From Eledone cirrhosa (Eukaryota), in NCBI GenBank assembly GCA_964016885.1, contig OZ024741.1:339016001-339080000 (forward strand): a stretch of 64,000 bases of DNA, written 5' to 3'. Within the stretch, counting starts at the first letter, position 1. Every line of letters begins with the position of its first letter. A program made the position numbers and the translations under genes. The notes under the pieces are model-generated. The model searched no databases and was not told the origin of the DNA. It was given only the letters and a program-made list of their open reading frames with translations. Below are positions 53,888 through 64,000 of the stretch, piece by piece.

Positions 53888-53927
<40 letters not shown>

Positions 53928-53932
<5 letters not shown>

Positions 53933-54025
53933 AAGGGTGTGGTAAAATACCAGGTGGACCAGAACCCACCAGAATACTCAATACTTGGGGTAGTAGAGTG
54001 GGTGAAATGAAAAGATTCAGGTCTT
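53928..54025 (-). mobile_element. Family 1 tail-only fragment
   Basis: Reverse complement of about 14746-14841. Confidence 0.7.
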
Positions 54026-54046
54026 GAAAATGTTCATATATATATA

Positions 54047-54230
54047 TATATATTCATTTTATTAAGGCTAAATAGTGAGTCTTGTTATTCTGGAGTTTCA
54101 CCTGTTTATCACAGGGTCATCAGACCCTGTAAACAGGAAACTTCAGAGTAACACCATTCATTATTTTGCTTTAATAAAATTCTATTTTGGTATTGAGTAC
54201 TCTTTTCTATCAGCTGTCAATCAATAAAAT
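54047..54230 (+). mobile_element. Hammerhead fold-back family 3 copy
   Basis: Left arm on minus reads CUGAUGA-CCCUGUGAUAAACAGGU-GAAA-CUCCAGAAUA; right arm GAAACUUCAGAGUA^, AATAAA, TATTGAGTAC at 54191-54200. Confidence 0.7.
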
Positions 54231-54942
54231 ACACACACACACATACCTAAACTATAATAAAGTAAGAAGCGCAGGACTGCGTACGGTTTATAATTTTTTA
54301 TCCCATTAGTAAAATAAGTTGGATTACTTTGAATAAATAATGAATGAATATTACATAATTTATCTACTAAATTTCGTGGCTGTTCCTTAAATATATTTTA
54401 TTATTTATTTAAACATTCACTTCTTTAAAATTTTCAAATGTCAACACTTCCGGTGGCGATCGCTTAAATATACATTAATTTTCTGTTACTAATTTTCTCC
54501 TAATGCAGTTTATATATAATATCGTCTTTTTTTAATGTATCATGGATTACGTTACTGATTACATAAGACAATGTAACACAGTCTTCGTTCAATTTCTGTG
54601 TATATTGTCTATTACGATTTTATTTGACGTATCATATCTACATGTATATATACTTGCGTATAATATCAATATACACACTACACATGCTAACAGAAAACCA
54701 CCCGAGGGTGTGTGTGTGTCTTTACTGAACCTTCTTTCTGTTTCTCCACTGTGATCCTGTCTCTATTTGTACTCCTGAAGAAGGGCTTAAGCCAAACACA
54801 TCGAACTTTCTTTCCTCTTTCCAATATAAAGAGTGAAACTAATAAGACTTTTTGTACCTCTGTTTGTTGTCTCCTTGAAGTATATATATGTGTATATATA
54901 TATTCAAAATTAATAAGAGGAGAATCAACTAACACTCATTAA

Positions 54943-55725
54943 CCCTTTAGCCTTTACATTACTCTATATTTATTATCAAATGAAAAAAACGGAGTTAAAG
55001 ACTCGCGTTAATCCACTATAATTTAATGAGCTCAAGGAACAAGTACTGGGCTCTTCATGATACAGTATATAGAGAAGAAAACACAAAAAGAAGTGTGTTT
55101 TCAATTATGATGGGTAGAGAACCACGAGTGAAGAATATAAAGTCTACGAAAAGTGTGCAAAATACATAATAACTAAAAAGTTAAATTAAAATGGCCAGAC
55201 CCACCTCTATAACTATAAAACACCTAGACAATCAAAGAAGAGAATGTTTTGCCATAAACAGTGTTGGTGCCATATAGGTGTAAAGAAGACACGGTCAACA
55301 CTTCTAAAGAGATTTTAGACAACTGAAAAATCACACATGGAAAGAGAAACGAAAACATGCGTGCCAGACAGTACATAGTGGCTTGAATGGACCAAGAAAC
55401 CGCTAGAAATGGCAGCCGATAACCATTCAACTTAGAAAGCTCAACTAACAAAGCCAAAATATCAAATGAATAAGTACCGGGCTCTTCATAATACAGTATA
55501 TACAGAAGAAAACACAAAAAGAGTATGTTTTTAAGTATTAGGGGTAGAGAACCACTATATTGTATATAATTAATTATCTCACAGGATATCGAATCTACAA
55601 GATTTTGATGTTATTTATTTTGAGAACAATACCTTAACATCAGTATGAGTGGCTAGTTACGGCCAGTTTGAGCAGAAAAGGTGAAAGAATTCTGGCCAGA
55701 TATGGCCAGTTTAAAGGCTAAAGAG
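54943..55725. mobile_element. piggyBac-like non-autonomous element with TTAA target duplication
   Basis: TTAA|CCCTTTAGCCTTTA ... TAAAGGCTAAAGAG|TTAA; internal about 85-bp direct repeat (55041-55125 and 55472-55554). Confidence 0.7.
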
Positions 55726-56659
55726 TTAATATGTATATTGTTTGTGAAAGTGGTGTTGTATACTGTTTGATGTGAGTTTATTTTAAGTGACTTTCTTATT
55801 GAATTATGTTTGTTTATTCTGGGGACGCTGCATGAATGTATGTGTTGGCAACCTTTGGTCAAATTTCTGCCGTTTGAACTTGAATTGATTACTCAATACA
55901 TATGGGCACTAGATACATTTGTAAGTGAATAAACTCACATCAAGCAGGATACAACACCACTTTCACAAACAATATACATATTAACCCTTTAGCAAGTTGA
56001 CTTTGGAGGGATTTGAACTCAGATAGCAGAGAGACAGAATGAATACCCTAAAGTATTGTAACGACTCAGCCATTTCGCAGACTGATACAGAGATACACTA
56101 ACACAATACTTTATAGTTTAATGCTTGTGGGAAAAGGAAAATAAATTTCTCCACGTATCTTTCATCAGAAAAGGACTAAGTTCGAAGAAAGAAGAGTTTG
56201 GAAGGTTGGAAAAAAGGTTTGTATGTGTATGTATGTGTGTGTGTATGTGTGTATAGATGTATCTGTGTGTGTATGTGTGTGTGTGGGGGGGGGGGTGTAA
56301 TATATGAAGAAATTATTTTGCAGTAAAATCTAGGATGATAATTCATAACAATGAGTCTAATCTGTAGACAGGAGGATATTACCCGCCACCCCCACCGTAG
56401 TGGGTATAAGATGATGGAGGATATATATATATATATAGGAGAGGGAGGTGGGAGAGTTAGTGATAATATGGTTGGGGCTGAGAGGAGGAGGGGAGAAAGG
56501 GAGGTAGTGATAATACGGCAGGGGGTATGTGAGAGGGAGGGAAGTTATTGATAATATGGCGGGGGGAGTGGGGGTTAGTTATAATACAACAGGGGTGGGG
56601 GAGAAGTTCACGTAGTGATAATATGGCAGGGCATGCGTGTGGAGTGGTAGAAAGAGGCT

Positions 56660-59600
56660 GTTATAATATGGTTAGGGGTGGGGGAGGACGAGGCAATACA
56701 GTTATAATATGACAGAGGTAGGGTGGGGGTGAGGTAATACAGTTATAATATGACAGAGGGGGGGGGGGGGTGGGGGGGTGAGGCAATACAGTTATAATAT
56801 GACAGAAGTAGGGTGGGGGTGAGGCAATACAGTTATAATATGACAGAGGGGGGTGGGGGTGAGGCAATACAGTTATAATATGACAGAAATAGGGTGGGGG
56901 GTGAGGCAATACAGTTATAATATGACAGAAGTAGGGTGGGGGTGAGGCAATACAGTTATAATATGACAGAAATAGGGTGGGGGGTGAGGCAATACAGTTA
57001 TAATATGACAGAGGTAGGGTGGGGGGTGAGGCAATACAGTTATAATATGACAGAAGTAGGGTGGGGGTGAGGCAATACAGTTATAATATGACAGAAGTAG
57101 GGTGGGGGTGAGGCAATACAGTTATAATATGACAGAAATAGGGTGGGGGGTGAGGCAATACAGTTATAATATGACAGAGGTAGGGTGGGGGGTGAGGCAA
57201 TACAGTTATAATATGACAGAAGTAGGGTGGGGGTGAGGCAATACAGTTATAATATGACAGAAATAGGGTGGGGGGTGAGGCAATACAGTTATAATATGAC
57301 AGAAATAGGGTGGGGGGTGAGGCAATACAGTTATAATATGACAGAGGTAGGGTGGGGGGTGAGGCAATACAGTTATAATATGACAGAAGTAGGGTGGGGG
57401 TGAGGCAATACAGTTATAATATGACAGAAATAGGGTGGGGGGTGAGGCAATACAGTTATAATATGACAGAAATAGGGTGGGGGGTGAGGCAATACAGTTA
57501 TAATATGACAGAAGTAGGGTGGGGGTGAGGCAATACAGTTATAATATGACAGAGGTAGGGTGGGGGTGAGGCAATACAGTTATAATATGACAGAGGGGGG
57601 TGGGGGTGAGGCAATACAGTTATAATATGACAGAAATAGGGTGGGGGGTGAGGCAATACAGTTATAATATGACAGAGGGGGGTGGGGGTGAGGCAATACA
57701 GTTATAATATGACAGAAGTAGGGTGGGGGGTGAGGCAATACAGTTATAATATGACAGAAGTAGGGTGGGGGTGAGGCAATACAGTTATAATATGACAGAG
57801 GTAGGGTGGGGGGTGAGGTAATACAGTTATAATATGACAGAGGTAGGGTGGGGGGTGAGGCAATACAGTTATAATATGACAGAAGTAGGGTGGGGGTGAG
57901 GCAATACAGTTATAATATGACAGAAATAGGGTGGGGGGTGAGGCAATACAGTTATAATATGACAGAGGTAGGGTGAGAGTGAGGTAATACAGTTATAATA
58001 TAGCAGATGTAGGGTGGGGTGAGGTAATACAGTTATAATATGACAGAGGTAGGGTGGGGGGTGAGGCAATACAGTTATAATATGACAGAAGTAGGGTGGG
58101 GGGTGAGGCAATACAGTTATAATATAGCAGAAATAGGGTGGGGGGTGAGGCAATACAGTTATAATATGACAGAGGTAGGGTGGGGGGTGAGGCAATACAG
58201 TTATAATATGACAGAGGTAGGGTGAGAGTGAGGTAATACAGTTATAATATGACAGAGGTAGGGTGGGGGGTGAGGCAATACAGTTATAATATAGCAGAGG
58301 TAGGGTGAGAGTGAGGTAATACAGTTATAATATGACAGAGGTAGGGTGAGAGTGAGGTAATACAGTTATAATATGACAGAGGTAGGGTGGGGGGTGAGGC
58401 AATACAGTTATAATATAGCAGAGGTAGGGTGAGAGTGAGGTAATACAGTTATAATATGACAGAGGTAGGGTGGGGGTGAGGCAATACAGTTATAATATGA
58501 CAGAGGTAGGGTGGGGGGTGAGGCAATACAGTTATAATATGACAGAGGTAGGGTGGGGGTGAGGCAATACAGTTATAATATAGCAGAGGTAGGGTGGGGG
58601 TGAGGCAATACAGTTATAATATGACAGAGGTAGGGTGGGGGTGAGGCAATACAGTTATAATATGACAGAGGTAGGGTGGGGGGTGAGGCAATACAGTTAT
58701 AATATAGCAGAGGTAGGGTGAGAGTGAGGTAATACAGTTATAATATGACAGAGGTAGGGTGAGAGTGAGGTAATACAGTTATAATATGACAGAGGTAGGG
58801 TGGGGGTGAGGCAATACAGTTATAATATGACAGAGGTAGGGTGGGGGGTGAGGCAATACAGTTATAATATGACAGAGGTAGGGTGGGGGTGAGGCAATAC
58901 AGTTATAATATGACAGAGGTAGGGTGGGGGTGAGGCAATACAGTTATAATATGACAGAGGTAGGGTGGGGGTGAGGTAATACAGTTATAATATGGCAGAG
59001 GTAGGGTGGGGTGAGGTAATACAGTTATAATATGGCAGAGATAGGGTGGGGGTGAGGTAATACAGTTATAATATGGCAGAGATAGGGTGGGGGTGAGGTA
59101 ATACAGTTATAATATGGCAGAGGTAGGGTGGGGTGAGGTAATACAGTTATAATATGACAGAGGTAGGGTGGGGGTGAGGCAATACAGTTATAATATAGCA
59201 GATGTAGGATGGGGGTGAGGCAATACAGTTATAATATAGCAGATGTAGGATGGGGGTGAGGCAATACAGTTATAATATGACAGAGGTAGGGTGGGGGTGA
59301 GGCAATACAGTTATAATATGACAGAGGTAGGGTGGGGGGTGAGGCAATACAGTTATAATATGGCAGAGGTAGGGTGAGAGTGAGGTAATACAGTTATAAT
59401 ATGACAGAGGTAGGGTGGGGGTGAGGCAATACAGTTATAATATGACAGAAGTAGGGTGGGGGTGAGGCAATACAGTTATAATATGACAGAGGTAGGGGGG
59501 GGCAATACGTTATAATATGACAGAGGTAGGGTGAGAGTGAGGTAATACAGTTATAATATGACAGAGGTAGGGTGGGGGGTGAGGCAATACAGTTATAATA

Positions 59601-62600
59601 TAGCAGAGGTAGGGTGAGAGTGAGGTAATACAGTTATAATATGACAGAGGTAGGGTGGGGTGAGGCAATACAGTTATAATATAGCAGATGTAGGGTGAGA
59701 GTGAGGTAATACAGTTATAATATGACAGAGGTAGGGTGGGGGTGAGGCAATACAGTTATAATATGACAGAGGTAGGGTGGGGGTGAGGTAATACAGTTAT
59801 AATATGACAGAGGTAGGATGGGGGTGAGGTAATACAGTTATAATATGGCAGAGGTAGGGTGAGAGTGAGGTAATACAGTTATAATATGACAGAGGTAGGA
59901 TGGGGGTGAGGTAATACAGTTATAATATGACAGAGGTAGGGTGGGGGTGAGGTAATACAGTTATAATATAGCAGATGTAGGGTGGGTGTGAGGCGATACA
60001 GTTATAATATGACAGAGATAGGGTGGGGTGAGGTAATACAGTTATAATATGGCAGAGGTAGGGTGGGGCTGAGGTAATACAGTTATAATATAGCAGATGT
60101 AGGGTGGGGGTGAGGCGATACAGTTATAATATGACAGAGATAGGGTGGGGTGAGGTAATACAGTTATAATATGACAGAGGTAGGGTGGGGGTGAGGTAAT
60201 ACAGTTATAATATAGCAGAGTTAGGGTGGGGGTGAGGTAATACAGTTATAATATAGCAGATGTAGGGTGGGGGTGAGGCGATACAGTTATAATATGACAG
60301 AGATAGGGTGGGGTGAGGTAATACAGTTATAATATGACAGAGATAGGGTGGGGTGAGGTAATACAGTTATAATATGGCAGAGGTAGGGTGGGGCTGAGGC
60401 AATACAGTTATAATATGACAGAGATAGGATGGGGGTGAGGTAATACAGTTATAATATAGCAGATGTAGGATGGGGGTGAGGTAATATAGTTATAATATAG
60501 CAGATGTAGGGTGGGGGTGAGGCGATACAGTTATAATATGACAGAGATAGGGTGGGGTGAGGTAATACAGTTATAATATGACAGAGGTAGGGTTGGGGTG
60601 AGGTAATACAGTTATAATATGACAGAGGTAGGGTTGGGGTGAGGTAATACAGTTATAATATGACAGAGGTAGGGTGGGGGTGAGGTAATACAGTTATAAT
60701 ATGACAGAGGTAGGGTGGGGGTGAGGTAATACAGTTATAATATGACAGAGGTAGGGTGGGGGTGAGGTAATACAGTTATAATATGACAGAGATAGGGTGG
60801 GGTGAGGTAATACAGTTATAATATGACAGAGGTAGGGTTGGGGTGAGGTAATACAGTTATAATATGACAGAGATAGGGTGGGGTGAGGTAATACAGTTAT
60901 AATATGACAGAGATAGGGTGGGGTGAGGTAATACAGTTATAATATGGCAGAGGTAGGGTGGGGGTGAGGTAATACAGTTATAATATGACAGAGATAGGGT
61001 GGGGGTGAGGTAATACAGTTATAATATGACAGAGGTAGGGTGGGGGTGAGGTAATACAGTTATAATATGACAGAGATAGGGTGGGGGTGAGGTAATACAG
61101 TTATAATATGGCAGAGGTAGGGTGGGGGTGAGGTAATACAGTTATAATATGACAGAGATAGGGTGGGGTGAGGTAATACAGTTATAATATGACAGAGGTA
61201 GGGTGGGGGTGAGGTAATACAGTTATAATATGACAGAGATAGGGTGGGGGTGAGGTAATACAGTTATAATATGACAGAGATAGGGTGGGGGTGAGGTAAT
61301 ACAGTTATAATATGGCAGAGGTAGGGTGGGGGTGAGGTAATACAGTTATATTATGACAGAGATAGGGTGGGGGTGAGGTAATACAGTTATAATATGGCAG
61401 AGGTAGGGTGGGGGTGAGGTAATACAGTTATAATATGGCAGAGATAGGGTGGGGTGAGGTAATACAGTTATAATATGACAGAGATAGGGTGGGGTGAGGT
61501 AATACAGTTATAATATGACAGAGATAGGGTGGGGGTGAGGTAATACAGTTATAATATGGCAGAGGTAGGGTGGGGGTGAGGTAATACAGTTATAATATGA
61601 CAGAGATAGGGTGGGGGTGAGGTAATACAGTTATAATATGGCAGAGGTAGGGTGGGGTGAGGTAATACAGTTATAATATGGCAGAGGTAGGGTGGGGGTG
61701 AGGTAATACAGTTATAATATGGCAGAGATAGGGTGGGGGTGAGGTAATACAGTTATAATATGGCAGAGATAGGGTGGGGGTGAGGTAATACAGTTATAAT
61801 ATAGCAGATGTAGGGTGGGGGTGAGGCGATACAGTTATAATATGGCAGAGGTAGGGTGGGGCTGAGGTAATACAGTTATAATATAGCAGATGTAGGGTGG
61901 GGGTGAGGCGATACAGTTATAATATGACAGAGATAGGGTGGGGTGAGGTAATACAGTTATAATATGACAGAGGTAGGGTGGGGGTGAGGTAATACAGTTA
62001 TAATATAGCAGAGTTAGGGTGGGGGTGAGGTAATACAGTTATAATATAGCAGATGTAGGGGGGGGGGTGAGGCGATACAGTTATAATATGACAGAGATAG
62101 GGTGGGGTGAGGTAATACAGTTATAATATGACAGAGATAGGGTGGGGTGAGGTAATACAGTTATAATATGGCAGAGGTAGGGTGGGGCTGAGGCAATACA
62201 GTTATAATATGACAGAGATAGGATGGGGGTGAGGTAATACAGTTATAATATAGCAGATGTAGGATGGGGGTGAGGTAATATAGTTATAATATAGCAGATG
62301 TAGGGTGGGGGTGAGGCGATACAGTTATAATATGACAGAGATAGGGTGGGGTGAGGTAATACAGTTATAATATGACAGAGGTAGGGTTGGGGTGAGGTAA
62401 TACAGTTATAATATGACAGAGGTAGGGTTGGGGTGAGGTAATACAGTTATAATATGACAGAGGTAGGGTGGGGGTGAGGTAATACAGTTATAATATGACA
62501 GAGGTAGGGTGGGGGTGAGGTAATACAGTTATAATATGACAGAGGTAGGGTGGGGGTGAGGTAATACAGTTATAATATGACAGAGATAGGGTGGGGTGAG

Positions 62601-64000
62601 GTAATACAGTTATAATATGACAGAGGTAGGGTTGGGGTGAGGTAATACAGTTATAATATGACAGAGATAGGGTGGGGTGAGGTAATACAGTTATAATATG
62701 ACAGAGATAGGGTGGGGTGAGGTAATACAGTTATAATATGGCAGAGGTAGGGTGGGGGTGAGGTAATACAGTTATAATATGACAGAGATAGGGTGGGGGT
62801 GAGGTAATACAGTTATAATATGACAGAGGTAGGGTGGGGGTGAGGTAATACAGTTATAATATGACAGAGATAGGGTGGGGGTGAGGTAATACAGTTATAA
62901 TATGGCAGAGGTAGGGTGGGGGTGAGGTAATACAGTTATAATATGACAGAGATAGGGTGGGGTGAGGTAATACAGTTATAATATGACAGAGGTAGGGTGG
63001 GGGTGAGGTAATACAGTTATAATATGACAGAGATAGGGTGGGGGTGAGGTAATACAGTTATAATATGACAGAGATAGGGTGGGGGTGAGGTAATACAGTT
63101 ATAATATGGCAGAGGTAGGGTGGGGGTGAGGTAATACAGTTATATTATGACAGAGATAGGGTGGGTGTGAGGTAATACAGTTATAATATGGCAGAGGTAG
63201 GGTGGGGGTGAGGTAATACAGTTATAATATGGCAGAGATTGGGTGGGGTGAGGTAATACAGTTATAATATGACAGAGATAGGGTGGGGTGAGGTAATACA
63301 GTTATAATATGACAGAGATAGGGTGGGGGTGAGGTAATACAGTTATAATATGGCAGAGGTAGGGTGGGGGTGAGGTAATACAGTTATAATATGACAGAGA
63401 TAGGGTGGGGGTGAGGTAATACAGTTATAATATGGCAGAGTTAGGGTGGGGTGAGGTAATACAGTTATAATATGGCAGAGGTAGGGTGGGGGTGAGGTAA
63501 TACAGTTATAATATGGCAGAGATAGGGTGGGGGTGAGGTAATACAGTTATAATATAGCAGATGTAGGGTGGGGGTGAGGCGATACAGTTATAATATGACA
63601 GAGATAGGGTGGGGTGAGGTAATACAGTTATAATATGGCAGAGGTAGGGTGGGGTGAGGTAATACAGTTATAATATGACAGAGATAGGGTGGGGGTGAGG
63701 TAATACAGTTATAATATGGCAGAGGTAGGGTGGGGTGAGGTAATACAGTTATAATATGGCAGAGGTAGGGTGGGGCTGAGGCAATACAGTTATAATATGA
63801 CAGAGGTAGGGTGGGGTGAGGTAATACAGTTATAATATGGCAGAGGTAGGGTGGGGGTGAGGTAATACAGTTATAATATGGCAGAGTTAGGGTGGGGTGA
63901 GGTAATACAGTTATAATATGGCAGAGGTAGGGTGGGGGTGAGGTAATACAGTTATAATATGACAGAGATAGGGTGGGGGTGAGGTAATACAGTTATAATA
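56660..64000. repeat. G-rich 40-42-bp satellite (gaggyaatacagttataatatgacagaggtagggtgggggt), about 180 units, runs off the right edge
   Basis: Tandem periodicity read directly. Confidence 0.98.

Overview
Repeat-dominated, AT-rich animal DNA with no supportable host gene. The (TA)n/(CA)n/(GAT)n microsatellites, Nin/Deu-like and CORE-like SINEs and (GAT)n-tailed RTE LINEs suggest a cephalopod (octopus-like) genome; this is inference. The only real coding sequence is retroelement-derived: the N-terminus of an RTE APE endonuclease running off the left edge (394->1, minus), three 5'-truncated RTE RT ORFs that each carry a PHD-type zinc finger inside the RT, a Dong/R4 endonuclease C-terminus and two Rex3/Expander-like fragments. 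Most other ORFs in the track are microsatellite artefacts. The main unannotated signal is a set of about 14 short non-coding loci from at least 7 sequence families, nearly all abutting (TA)n tracts. Most carry complete, variant or partial type I hammerhead ribozymes, many form fold-back palindromes or about 585-bp tandem repeats, and most share a downstream YATTGAGYAC motif. This is consistent with Penelope-like pseudo-LTRs or retrozyme-like elements. It includes a tandem 588-bp unit with two identical U3-A8 covariant hammerheads. The right third is dominated by a 46-bp satellite carrying a consensus 5' splice site in almost every unit and a G-rich 41-bp satellite with a 1.79-kb higher-order duplication. 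All structures were read by eye and none were computed.
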